DNA of 64,000 bases from Flaccisagitta enflata (taxonomy: Eukaryota): the NCBI GenBank assembly GCA_965153355.1, contig OZ231126.1, forward strand, positions 34,906,001 through 34,970,000. The letters are read 5' to 3'. A model generated the notes under the pieces. The model was not told where the DNA came from, searched no databases, and was given only the letters and a program-made list of their open reading frames with translations. Below are positions 13,476 to 28,608 of this stretch, piece after piece. A program made the position numbers and the translations under genes. Every line of letters starts with the position of its first letter. Within the stretch, counting starts at the first letter, position 1.

Positions 13476-14406
13476 GGAGAGAGAATAGTCGCAAAAGCGT
13501 AAGATGGTCAGCGGTACCCGTACCCTGCCGAGGTAGATTGTGATTGAAGTTGTGGTAGCAGGGCAGCAGTTCCAAAGCGGCCAATTACATGCTTTCACAA
13601 ATGAGGAAATTTCTCCTCCTTTTAGCGGTAGAGATTTGGGCCTTTGAGCTGAGATTTAGGCCATTGGGCTGGGACATGGGCCCCACGGCTAAAGTTAGTG
13701 CTTGAGACTAGAATTCAAACTTTGAGGCTGGCATTTGGGCCTTGAGGTTAGGACTTGGGCCTTGAGGCTGGCATTTTATTTGTGCTTTGAGGCTGGGATT
13801 TGGGCCTTGAAACTGGGAATTGTGCCTTGAGGCTGGGAATTGAGCCATAAGGCTGGGAATTGGGCCTTGAGGCTGGGAATTGGGCATGAGGCAGGGACTT
13901 GGGCTTGGGCTTTGAGGCTGAGATTTTGTTCTCAGGGATGGAATTTGGGCCTCTAAGCTGGGATATGGGCTTGAAGGCCGGGATTTGGGTCTCGAGTACG
14001 TAAGAGAAGAAGGAGAAATTTCTCCATGTGTGAAAGCATAGCTCTTTCGAGGCCGCTGCCCAAAAAGAGAGAGAGAGAGAGAGAGGAGAGAGAGAAAGAG
14101 AGCATAATGTTGGGTGGACAGACAAAATGAGTGACAGATTGTGCCAAAGACACAGAGACAGACAAAGACATGACACGCGGCGTTATTTGTACAAACTTGT
14201 TAATTATTCAGTCAGACTGCAGCATATTTGCCGCCTTCATAAGATGATGTAGAATCAAAATCACAAGTTTCTAGTCACCGTCTTTTTAAATCTGTGTCAA
14301 ACAAAAGCCGAAAGAGTTGGGGATGGACAGAGCCACTTCTTGGTTGAAGCGATGCCGAAAATAATTTGACGCAAGTTGCAACAAACGGAGAAGCGAGATG
14401 ACAAGA

Positions 14407-14590
14407 AACAAGGCCGGATACACGGCTACCGAAGTCACGTGCGGGTGGGCAGGGGCCTTATTTGAGGTCACCAGATCATTTGGGCTGGAGCAGTGAGTTC
14501 AAAGAAAGAAAATCATAAAAAAGTAGAGTGTGACCGACCGACCAACCGACGGACAAAGCGGGTTGTAGAGTCGCGTGCACGCGACTAAAA
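14407..14590 (-). mobile_element. HINE/DINE-1-like family A, minus-strand representative
   Basis: AACAAGGCCGGATACACGGC...AGTCGCGTGCACGCGACTAAAA. Other - copies: 397-510 (partial), 2861-3168, 14698-14934, 15059-15231, 17295-17473, 20188-20360, 23251-23437, 32812-33168, 56320-56496, 59397-59595. Confidence 0.8.
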
Positions 14591-15384
14591 ATCATGATTC
14601 ACAGCGATTTTTAAAAGTCAAACCGAAGGTGGCGCACTGCTTGGGAGGAACCTTAAAAACTGAGAACTGCTAAATTCCACAGACTTCTGTTTTAACAAAC
14701 AAGGGTGGATACACGGCTGCCCCAGTTGCTTAAGAGCGGGCAGGGGCACTGATAGAAAAGGTGACAAGGGCATTTGGGCAGGAACAGTGAGCTCCAAAAG
14801 CTCAAAAATGCCGATAAAGTAGAAAGGGGAACAACTGTTCAAACAAGCAACCGACCAACGGACAGATGGACGGACAGACAGATGGACGGACAGATGGACA
14901 GAATGGGGTGTAGAGTTGTGTAGCACACGACTAAGAATACCTTCTGAGCCACGCATGTGCTCCTACTAAACTAGGCTTAAAAAAACATTTTTTCGCTTAC
15001 CGGAAGTGACGCGCCACATTTTGACGTCATATTTTGGCCATTTACCGTAGTAACAAGAAACAAGGCCGGATACACGGCCAATACCAGTCGCGGACGGGTG
15101 GGCAGGGGCGGAAATGCGCATTTTCCCACTTTTCGACTCGTGCTCACCGACGGACCGACGGACCAACGGACGGACGGACGGACGGACGGACGGACAAAGC
15201 CTCTTTTAGAGTCGCTTGTCCGCGACTAAAAATGTTTTTTTGGCGCAAAATTTGGATTCTACACTGAAATCTACATCATATAGGGTTGTCTGCTAAGATT
15301 TTCTCCTCTAATCTAATTCATGTATAAAAGTAGATTTTATTAAAAATCTTGAAAACAATATGGTCAATCCATTCTGGTTTATAG

Positions 15385-17111
<1,727 letters not shown>

Positions 17112-20100
17112 GTTTATAGTCCTTGACGCATTATTTTTTCCGTTGATAGGACTTCAAAAGTTAAGAACTTTTTATGATTGTCATATCATTACAACACATT
17201 TGGTCATCATTTAAGCCGGTGGTTGAAGGTTTTTTACCATTTTTGAATATTTTCCCGACGTCTACAGCTTTACTTTAATTGATTCACTTGAAAAAACAAG
17301 GCCGGATACACGGCCACCGGTTGCAGACGGGTGGGCAGGGGCGGAAATGCAACTTTCCGCCACTAAAAATGTTCTAAAATGCTTATTTTCCTACTTATGG
17401 ACTCATGCTGACGGACGGACGGACCAATGGACGGATAAAGCCTCTTATACAGTTACGTGTCCGCAACTTAAAAAGTGGCTTCCCATAAACAAGCTCAAGA
17501 AGAAAAAAAATGCTCACTCCGGGGCCCATATGCTCGATCAGGGCCGAGTGTAAGAAGGGAACCCGCCAGATTTGGCCATTTTTGACCTCAGAATCGGCTT
17601 CTACGGGTCAAAAAACCCTAGGATATGCTTCCTCAAATTATTCTTAAGTGAACCGGGCATAGTCTAAAAATGTCAGAGTTTGATCTTGGGGGAATTCCCC
17701 GGGGATTCCCCCAATTAGACTAACTTATTTTCTTCATTTCAAAACTAAATGGGGCATATGCCCCGTTAAGTCCCTTACGATAGAAATCGACCTGAAGAAA
17801 GCCACTGAAAAAAGGGTTTACTGATTTTTGACAAAACATTTTTGATCAAACAAAACTAAACTAAATGGGGCATATGCCGAGCTAGTCACTGAATCACGAA
17901 CTTTGAACTGGAAATGAGGCCAGTAAAGTCCCATTCCACTGAAGCACGACTTCGTGCTTCAGTGGAATTGACTTTTGACCTCTTTTCATAATGCAATGAA
18001 ACAAAAAATCAGTCCCGTTTTTCTTTGATTGGTCACAACAATTCATTTCAGTGCAATTAAAAACTTTTCTATTTCTCTTATTTAAATGAAAATAGGTTTT
18101 TTTTGTTGTCATAAATTGTTGTCTTTTGAAAATTTCTCTCAATTTGCTTTCTTTTTTAAAATTTTTTTCCCATGACAAAAATGTTTTTCTATCACATGAA
18201 TGTATGCTTTTATGAAAAAAAAGAGTTAAGTTTTTATTCTGATAAAAACTTGATAGATGTGAAAATATATTTTACTCTTGATATCAACATTCTTTTTATC
18301 TAGAAAGTCAACTTAGATGAAGAGAAAAGGTAAGAGGTAAGTAGAAACGAGATGATTTCTTCAGATAAAAGTTAATGAAAAATACTTTTACTATCTTTGC
18401 TTCAATGAAAAAATCAGTTATGACTAATTCCATTGAAGCTCAAATTGCAGAGAGCACTAGTTAGTCTTCATTCCACTGAAGCACGACGTCGTGCTTCAGT
18501 GGAAATGATTTTAACTTAAGCACAATTTTCGTGATTGAATGGTTGCCTGCATATGCCCTGTTAAGTCCCCGTTTAGTACCTGAATCATTTTTTTCACTAA
18601 TTTTTGATGGGGCATAGATTCGGGCATATTCAAACTAACTTTTTTTTACCGGGGATATTGGGGCTTTTGCCCGGGGCATTAATGTCACTTTTTTGTACTA
18701 CAGATTGCGCTGTGACCCGCCAGATTTGGCCATTTTTGACCTCAGAATCGGCTTCTACGGGTCAAAAAACCCTAGGATATGCTTCCTCAAATTGCCTGTG
18801 ATATTCCATCGGCATTCTGGACCCCGTTGCATCAAACCAGGTTTCCCTTTTGTCACATGAAGTTGATCTTTTCTTCGCCAGGGCATTTTCGTTATGTCGG
18901 CTCAAAACTAGTACTTTTTTTTTGCTGGAAAAGATAGAAAGAAAAGCAACAAATAAATAAAATACAAGTTATGGCGGCTGTCGCTATGAGGAAAAAAGTC
19001 GTAAGCATTGGTCACTTTTCACCAAATTTTTTAATTGTGTGCTACGCGACTGTACACCCCACTTTGTCGGTCCATTCGTTGGTCGGTTGGTTGGTTGGTC
19101 CGTCGGTTGGTCCCCTCTTAACTTTTTTGGCGTTTTTGAGCTTTTTTGGCAGCGGCCCCAAAGGGAACAAAGTCCTGTAGAATACAGGAGGACTTTCGTT
19201 CGTCCGTTCGTTCGTTAGTCCCCCCCAGGCCCTCTCAGGCCTGAAATCTGCCCTCTCAGGCCTGAAATCTACCCTCTCAGGCCTTGAATCTGCCCTCTCA
19301 GGCCAGAAATTTGCTTTCTAAGGCCTGAAACCTGTCCTCCTAGGCCATAAATCTTCCCTGCAGATTCAAGGCCTGAGAGGGCAGATTTTAAGCTTGAGAG
19401 GGCAATTTTAAGCCTGAGAGGGCAGATTTCAGGCCTGAGAAAGCCTGAGAGGGACTAATGGACGGACGAACGGACGAATGAACGGACGAACAAAAGTCCC
19501 CCTGTGTTCTACAGGACTTTGTCCCCTTTGGGGCCGCTGCCCTGCTTCCTCTCATTCCGATTTACAACCATGCAAAGCAGGGTAACGGGTATCGCTGACC
19601 ACATATTGCCCTTAAGCAAACTGTTAAGCATACGGCTCCTGCCCAGATGCTCTAGTGACTTTCTCCAGCACTGCTCCTGCCCACCCGCACGCAACTAGGG
19701 TAGCGGTATATCTGGCCTTGTTATTTTTGGTCATTGCAATTTTGTTAGATCAAATTAAGAGCAAATTGCAATGTACAATGTACATATTGGTTACATTGAA
19801 AATCAGGAAAAATTAGACAGAGCCAAATGAGCTAAAATACTCAAAATCATTCAACAAGACAACCAGCTATATTCACTGAAATGATTTCTTGATTTATATG
19901 TTTATGTCTAAACATTTATCTTATTTAAAATCAGAAAAAAACTGAGCTAAATTAGCTAATTGAGCTAAAATGTTGAAAAACAACTTTTCACATAAACAGC
20001 TATGCTCATAAACATGTTTCCTTGTATTTGCATACTCAAACAATCATCAATATATTTCTTTATTGATCCTACACAAAATCATAAAAAAAAATCCACTAAC

Positions 20101-21002
20101 AATCATCAATATATTTCTTTTTTGATCCTACACAAAATCATAAAAAATAAAAAAAAATTTCAATTTAAATTTTCCATCACCATCAAAAACAAGGCCGGAT
20201 ACACGGCCAATACCAGTTGCGGACGGGTGGGCAGGGGCGGAAAGGCGCGATTTCACACTTTTCGACTCGTGTTCACGGACGGACCGACCAACGGACGGAT
20301 GGACCGACTGACAGACGGACGGACAAAGGCTCTTATAGAGTTGCGTGTCCGCAACTAAAAAAATCATCAAAAAATCATAACTCCAAAAGAATTTGTCTTA
20401 GATCATTCTGCTTTGCGCCAAATGAAAAAGAATTGTCAAATTTACTTACCCTATTAATTTCATCTGAAATTGCAATCAAGCAGATAAGTTCCAAAACATT
20501 CAAATAAAAAAATAAAAACCATGTTTCTGGCGATTACGTCAAAAAGTCGAAGACTGACTTTGACTTCCCGATAAATGCATAAAGAAAGATACATCGGAAA
20601 AGAAAATTGAACAAATGTTGAATGACAGCATATAAATGAATGGAGCCTCCACTCTGTATTTTTGGAAATTAGCTTATAGAAGCCACTTTTTCTCAAGTCA
20701 GCATTATCTTCTTTCTAATTAATATCCTTGCTCTCGACTGGGTGGGCGTGGGCTGTTAAACAGTTTTTATTCAGGCTGAGTAGAGGCAGTGATGCTCAGA
20801 TGACTGCTTTTCGATCATGTACAGAACGATGGGAGCAGTAAGAGCAGTTGAAAGAGGGTTCCGTATATTCTGACTGTTCAAAGGAAGAACCTAAAGCTTA
20901 GGTTTTTCTGAAAGCTGACGGTCCAAGGTAATGAGTGAACATAAAATTCAACACCATGTGGTTCAAAATAAAACGGCCAATTGATTTATCCTAAGTGCTT
21001 GT

Positions 21003-21088
21003 GGCGCAATAGCTCTGTTGGTAGAGTGCTGAACTTTAAAAATGCAATTTCTCTCTTCAGTGTCACAAGTTCAAATCGGGAGAGGTGC
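21003..21088 (+). pseudogene. tRNA-like relic (A box and B box) at the centre of an imperfect palindrome (about 20870-21208)
   Basis: TAGCTCTGTTGGTAGAGTG D-arm-like segment and GTTCAAATC; acceptor and T stems do not pair properly; flanked by GTTTTTCTGAAAGCTGA / TCAGCTTTCAGAAAAAC. Confidence 0.5.
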
Positions 21089-21469
21089 TGCACTTTTTTT
21101 CTTTTTGCTTAACAGTTAGAGCATGAGGAATAAAACTATATTCACTCAAAGCTCTTGCTCATCAGCTTTCAGAAAAACTATAATTGATGCTACTTCATTT
21201 GAATAGTGAAGCAGGAAATGACCCTCCATCTGAAGTTCTCATTGCTCCTATGGTACTGTAGCGTCAGCCGAATTTCCGCTTTTCCAATTTACCAACGGAA
21301 GGACAAACTCAAGCGCCTATCGGGCAAAAAGTCGGAGTCGGTCTTTTACTTTTTGACATATTCCAGAGAAATACGGGGCAAAGGTGTAGGAGATGGCCGC
21401 AGTTACGTAAATGTTCATTTTCGCATTTATTCATGCGATGCCACTCTTACAATGAATTTTTAGTGACAT

Positions 21470-21880
21470 CCCTACCCCTAAACCCAACCATACCCCTAAA
21501 CCCAACCCTACCCCTAAACCCAACCCTACCCCTAAAGTCCTAAACCCAACCCTACCCCTTAACCCAACCCTACCCCTAAACTCAACCCTACCCCTAATCT
21601 CAACCCTAGCCCTAGACTACCCTACCCCTAAGCCCAACCCTACCCTTAAGCCCGACCCTACCCCTAATCTCAAACCTACCCCTTAACCCAACCCTACCCC
21701 TAAACCCAACCCTACCTCTAAACCCAACCCTACCCCCACCCAACCCTACCCCTAAACCCAACCCTACCCCTAAACCCAACTCTACCCCTAAACCTAACCT
21801 TATCCCTAAACCCATTCCTACCCCTTAACTCAACCCTACCCCTAAACCCAACCCTACCCCTAAACCCAATTCCAACCCAT
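21470..21880. repeat. 18-bp CCCCTAAACCCAACCCTA tandem array inside a short-TIR element (about 21383-21959)
   Basis: Direct reading; flanked by GTGTAGGAGATGGCCGC / GCGGCTGTCTCCTACAC. Confidence 0.85.
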
Positions 21881-24810
21881 CCAATTGTTCAACCGTGTTG
21901 AAATTGGTGATTTAGCTATGATTGGAAAGGTTTAAACTTAGTGCGGCTGTCTCCTACACGTAGACCAAATACGGCTTTTAGTCGCGGACACGCGACTCTA
22001 TAACCCACTTTTCTGTTGGTCCGTCGGTCCGTCCGTCGGTCGGTCACAAAGCTCTTTTTCGAGGTCTTCCGCTCCTGCCCACCCGTCCGCGACTTATGCT
22101 GCTGTGTATACGGCCTTGTTATTTTCTTACCAGTAATAGCGGCTGTCGCCGTAAGGAAAAAAGTCGTAAGCATTGGTCACTTTTCACCAAGCTTTTGTCT
22201 TTAGTCACTGCAAATCTTTTTTTCTATTAGATCAAATCAAAAGCAATTGTATGTATTGATTGCACTGAAAATCAGAGAAAAATATTACTGAGACAAATGA
22301 GCTAGATGAGCTAAAATGCTCAGAATCACTCAACCAGACAATCAGCTGTGCTCACTGACATGCCTTCTTGTATTTATATGCTCCTATCAAAACATTTATT
22401 TATCTTTCATTAGAGGCCACATTCGGCACATTCGCTTGGTGAAGATTCAGAACTTCCTAAAAAGAAAATGAAAACCCTATTTGTCTCGAATATGTCAAAA
22501 AGTCAAAGACTGATTTCAACTTTTTTCCAAATAAAAAAATTTTAGCTTCATTTAGCTGATGGAGGTCTCAAATATTATTGATGGTGAAAGTAGATTTGAT
22601 AACTTTCTATTGACGCTAAGCGTAATGCTTTACTAATATTTTTTCCATGTACACTGCGAACCATAAAAAAGATCACAGCTGTTCTAAAAGATATTCTTAT
22701 GAAAAAAAATAACTTTTCAATATTCTTTTTGTGAGAAATGGAAAGAGTGTCATCAAATGAAGCGAATGTCATAAATCCCATGAGTTTTCATCAATTATTT
22801 CAGATTTTATGATAAAAAGAAGATAATGGTGCCAGAATCTGTGTCCAAACTATAAATTCTTCAAAAAGTATTAATAAGGGACCTTTTTTATTTGATTTTT
22901 GTCATTAGCAGTGCAAGAAACCAATTGAAACCATAGACCATTCGAAAGATATTCAAGAGAGCTTTCATTTGCCGCCAATCTCACATTTCTAGCTTAATTT
23001 GTATAGATGCAGAAAAGAAAAGACGGAAGAGTATTCATTCTCAAGTTTGAAAAGGCGCATCACCAAAACGTACCTATTTTACTTCAAATGAATGTCATTG
23101 CCAAATGAATAAAGCTAGGAGGCTGGGATTCGCCTAGAATGAAAGATCATTTGAAAATCTTTCTAATGGTGACTGAGTCTTACTTTTTTTATTCAAACAT
23201 GGATATTTTGAGAGAAGAAAAAGATCAATATTTTTTTGAATTTGTGTGATAACAAGGCCGGATACACGGCTACCGAAGTCGCGTGTGGGTTGGCAGGGGC
23301 CATATTTGAGGCCACTCCATCATTTGGGCAGGAGCAGTAAGGCCAAAGACCCCAAAAACCTGAAAAAAGTAAAGTGTGACGGATGGACGGACGGACCGAC
23401 AAAGCGGGTTGTAGAGTTGCGTAGCACGCAACTAAAAAAGTTCCCTCATTTATCATTCATAAAAGGTTCAAATCAACTAAAAACTTATCGAAATCATTGA
23501 CATTGAGTAAGCCCTTTGAAAAATCTGTTGACCATTTCTGGAGTTACTAGCTCAACTGGTTTCCAAATTAAAATAGTTTTAATAAAATTTATCATTTACA
23601 AGCTATAACAGAAAATCTGTTGTTTTCCCACTTAGGTTATGATACATTTGTCTTCATTTTAACCTAAAATCCAAACAAATTGATCAAATTCCATGAGACT
23701 GGTAGCAAATTGTTAATTTTTTGAAGCTATTTAAAATGCTCATGAATAACAATAAGATTTGTTAAATATAAACTTTGAAAAACTATACTGAAATTTGTAA
23801 CTTTTTTTATAAGTCGCACTGTAATTTTTCAAAGATTTTTTTTGAAGAAATTCAAATTAAATTTTTTTTTATTTTTTTCTGATTTTATGTAAGATCAATA
23901 AAGTAGTTTATTTTTAGTTGAGTATGCAAATATAGTTGAACCTATTTATGAGCCTAGCTACTCATCTATGTAGGTCACAGTGCAAACAAAGGCAAAATTA
24001 GACAACCATACATATTCATAAACTGCTCTACTTTTAACTTATAACACATCAAAGTATACTTTGTTTTTTTAGTTTCATTATTTACATATACAATGCTTGG
24101 AAATAAAAACAAACCAAGAAACTTGATATTGCATTGATGAGAGACAGAAACAAACACTCATTTGCAAGAATTCCCTAAAAATATAGTGGCGAGAATTTAG
24201 GAAGCAGTTGGGTGAAATTTTTACACTATCTCCAGATACAAATATTTGCATTTTTAAGAACATAGCCTCATTCTTTCATGTTTTTGGAATGAGGCTATGT
24301 TTTTAGAAATGAAAATTTATCTTATTAGAAGCCGGCGTAGAATTTCACCTAAGACAACTCCGATTAGGAAATCAAATTTTCTTTATAAATCCACAATTTT
24401 TGCGTCTTTATCTTTATTTTTCTTACATTCAAGTGAGATATCAATTATCTTTCATGCAAAAATATCATAAATAAAAATAAATAAACCTATTTTTAGTTTA
24501 AAAAATTATCATTTCATGATATTAAACATACAGTGGAGAACTGCCTTTTCGGCACCAGATACAATGGTAAAACGGATTTGACGGCAGGCATTGTCAGGTC
24601 CCGAAATTTTCTAAGCTTGTGTAGTGTTGATTTCTTCGGGTTCAGCGGCACCAGTAACAAAGGCCAAACCGTATTGACCAACCGGAATTCCTTGTCCGAT
24701 TGACCACTTTCTTCGGAATTACCGACCCTCCGACCCTCGAACTCAGCGACCCACCAACCTCCAATCTGACCGACTTCCAAAATCGAGCGGTAAAGGCTCG
24801 TCCTCATCAG

Positions 24811-24895
<85 letters not shown>

Positions 24896-24950
24896 CAGAG
24901 AGACAGAGAGAGAGACAGAGAGAGAGCGCGAATGAGAATGTCGGGGAGTA

Positions 24951-25384
24951 CACGCTGTATTTTGTCTAAGAACACTGTTTATAAGAACATTAGCCTCAAA
25001 TTTGGTGAAAAAATAAGAACATCCTAAGAACATGCTCAGGCTCAGATTTTGGCATAAATATATTCTTAAGTACGTTTTTATATGATTATTTAAAGAAAAA
25101 ATCATAGAAAATTGTACAGAATCCTCCTTCCCAAAAATTTAACCAGTTACCCTTATCATTTACAATTTTTTTATTTCATAGTCTATAAAAACAAAATTTT
25201 ATATGGATTGAAAAAAAAATATATCTATTCTATTGAATATATATAGCTAGCAACCTTAATAAATAATCCTGAAAGCTACAAAAATAAGAACAGGTTAAGA
25301 ACGTTTGAGCCTGAAAATTGGCCAAAAAATAAGAACGCTGAGCCTCACTTCAAAAAACTGTGTTCTTATAAAAAATACGGCGTG
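24951..25384. mobile_element. TA-flanked MITE
   Basis: TA|CACGCTGTATTTTGTCTAAGAACAC ... GTGTTCTTATAAAAAATACGGCGTG|TA. Confidence 0.8.
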
Positions 25385-26643
25385 TAATCGGAATCAGCAT
25401 TGCTGTCAACCTCAGAGGCTCTGATTTGCGGGCCTAAACTTCTATCCTGGAATGAGAAGCCTCAAAAAGCTTATCATGAAGCTCATGATAAGAACGCACT
25501 CAAACCATGTCATCACAGTTTTTTCATAACCATCGAATGTTTTTTTTGTACAGGTTACAGTTTGATCGTCGTCATTTGATTCATAATAAGTAAGAATTTC
25601 TATAAGGAGTTTCTTTTGTTAAAAAGTGGTGCATTTACCCAACAAATATAAAGGATCTGAGCACATCAGTTCAAAAGCTCTAAAATTGTTAATTTGTCAT
25701 ACAAACATAGAAAAGTCATACAAACATTCAATTCAGCTACATTCAAGTGCATTTCAAAGGACTGAGCAAAACTAAGCTTTAAAAGCGATTGCAGCTTTGT
25801 CGGCACTGCCTTATAGTATAATCTTTATGTTTAGATAGTAAACTAGATAGTGAAGGAAAAAATTTAACTACTACCTAGATAGTAATAGCCATCAACTCGG
25901 ATAGTAGCTCCAAAAACCACTTGGGGACACTGATTTTCACAGTCTGTGTAAATTTCATTCAAGTTAAGTCAAAAATAATTCAAAAACTAGGCAGGGATGT
26001 ATATAGTTGCACGACCTTTGATTTCTTTCCCCCCCCCTGGTCCTTTGGTTTTCTTCCCCGCGGGGTCGAATTACACTTGATTTTCTTCCCCATATACCCC
26101 CAATATAATATGATAATATTTTGGTTTTAATAGTAAAAGTTAGTGTTGTGGTGACTAAATATTACATTTAAGTACTGTCAAAGTGTAATATTTTCCATAT
26201 TTTTCTGTTTTTAGTTTTTCTACCCTTTGATTTTCTTCCCCATTTCCAAATCCTTTGATTTTATTCTCCCCCCTGCCGGGGGGGATATGCAACTATATTA
26301 AGGGAGTACAAGATTCAGGAGAAAATCACTTTTTTCAAAATATCACTCTTGCTACCCAATTAACATGTGTGTAGGGCTTAGAGAAGATGTTAGAAACTTT
26401 TTTCAGCTCGATCGGTTGAAAAAAAACCCTGGGATCGCTTAAAAAACTGATTTTTCTATGATTTTCGATATTTTTTTCATCAATTTCTTGCAATAAAATG
26501 TTATTACTTTTTCATTTAACTATTTTTTATATCTTAAACTAGTAAGTGTGCCTGAAATAGTGAAAGGGCCCTGCCAGTCTAAGAATTGACAAAAAAAAAT
26601 CAATTTTTTCTCAAAAAATGGACGCAGAAATGATGCAATACTA

Positions 26644-28608
26644 ATGAATTTTGGTCGACAATGCAAACCATCCCTCAAAGTCCTTGAAATGAAGAACAGT
26701 CTTATGGCATATCTGGATCTTGACACAAAATGTCAAAATGAAGTGGCCAAACTCCTTCACTCCCAGCTTCCTTCCTCTAAAGTTCATTATGAATGGACTG
26801 TAGAAGTTCTTGTTGGCTATCATTTGATGGGGCCACTTCTTGGCATTCTGTTGGATCAGTAACCTTGACCAACTCATTTGGCTCTTTAAAGTATCTTTCA
26901 AAATCTGTATAAACAAATGATGGAACCAAACTCAGGTTGAAATTCAGCTCAGTTGAGAGGCATGCTCTTCCAGCTCTCGAAGATAGATTTGGAAGAAAGT
27001 ACAGATAAGAATCGATGGAGTCTTTTCATAAACATCTTAAGCAGTATGATGTCACTGGAAAGTGCAATGAAAGTCTTGATGAAACAGCTTGTTGCAACTC
27101 TGTCAAGGCAACAAGGAATTCAGTATCATCCCTGTGGACAACAAAGTTTGAGAAAATTATTTTGGACATCTTTTTAAACAGCAAAGAAGCAAAGGATGCT
27201 CTGCTTTCCAAGCTATCAGTAACAGACTTGTGCTAAAAAAAGTTCAGATCTTGCTTTTGGTAATGAGGGAGCCAACTTGTTGAAAGACAAGGAGCTCAAG
27301 GTCAAACTGAAAAAAGTTCATCAAATTGAAGCAGATTTTTCAAAGTCTTAACGAGAGATCATGAAAGACAGTGGATCAGATAAGCTGGCAAGAGATATAG
27401 CCAAAAATAAACTGATTTCTGTATGTTTGCAAAATGGAACAAAACACAAGTATATTGCACCGCTCTCATCTCAAGCTGAGGTTCAAAAGTGCTATGACAA
27501 AATCAAAAAGCGGAGTGAGGCAGATCAGTTGGTTATTCTGCGCCGAGAAGTGAAGTTGAAAAAGGTTTTGTCTTCAGAAATGCCAAATGATTTTGTCTAT
27601 TTCAAGCAGTACAATATCACAGCCGAACTGATGTATGAAAATCTGCTTGCTTTGAACTCAGTTGACCTATTTGACCAAGAGGTTATTACTGTAGAAGATG
27701 TTTATGTGGCTTTTGAGTCAGTAGATACTCAGTCTGCCAGTAAGCAAGTTAAGAGGTCTAACACCCCTGACAAAATTAGGCGAACTGGGAACATATGCCT
27801 TAGAGAGTGAAATATTGGCCCCTGCTCTACAAGATTTGGCATGGAAATAGCAAAAATATCATACTTTGACAAAGCGGAGCAACAGAGTGAAGTTGTTAAA
27901 CGGTAGAAGGGTGAGGCGGTAATAAGTCAGAATTGGCAAATCGGATTTTAACTGATTTTCCCCATATCATTGCTACATGAAGATGGCACGTATTTATAGC
28001 TGTTTTTCGTGGTCTCTACCCAAGCCATTTGACTTGGAGTGATGGAGACTTATCACTTTGATGATTATAAGGAAGTTGGGGTCAAACGATGGTCAGGGGC
28101 AGCCCCTTAAACAGATAAAATTGTGCTTGAAGTAAATTATTAATAATGGACAAAGTGGGACTGTCTTCTGTCAGAAAATGGTGTCATAAGGATTTTTATA
28201 GGCTTTAAACCTGGATATTGAATATCTTTTGACAGAACGTGAATGGAATTTACTCCAGATTATGTTGAAATATCCCAAACGGTCATTCAAATCACTTTGT
28301 TAAACTCAAATAGATGATATTCAATTCGCCTAATTTTGTCAGGGGTGTTAGGGTACCTGTGGAGGAGCCTCAGCAACAAGATAGCATTTGTGTGCTAGCT
28401 CTCACTACTCTGAAAACAAGAGCAAATGATCATCTCGATGAAAGGAAAAAAATTTTGGATCTATCGCAATGATGAAGTTTTGGATGACTTTGAAAGGAAA
28501 CGCATCCTTGAAATCAGGCGTTCAATAACATTGGCTAAAAATGGAAAAAGAAAAGATTTGGTTTTTACCCTTCTCAATTGTGAGATCATTGAGGCCATGT
28601 CGGTCTAA
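26644..28608 (+). pseudogene. Decayed transposase-like coding region of the composite element
   Basis: Chain of protein-like + strand ORF pieces (26644-26862, 26953-27236, 27361-27757, 28426-28608) broken by stops, frameshifts and a TIR insertion; lies just inside the left terminus; catalytic residues not identified. Confidence 0.55.
27758..28351. mobile_element. 594-bp MITE with perfect 27-bp TIRs inserted in the transposase relic
   Basis: CTAACACCCCTGACAAAATTAGGCGAA (27758-27784) and its reverse complement (28325-28351); flanked by GGT/GGT; a second, interrupted copy lies in reverse at about 40200-42578. Confidence 0.8.

Noticed and set aside
14170-14400. Protein-like minus-strand stretch inside the 10977-17267 element
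   Set aside because: No recognisable motif and several stops; cannot be assigned.
21470-21880. CCCTAA-like array resembling telomeric repeat
   Set aside because: It is an 18-bp higher-order unit inside short inverted termini, not a pure telomeric tract.
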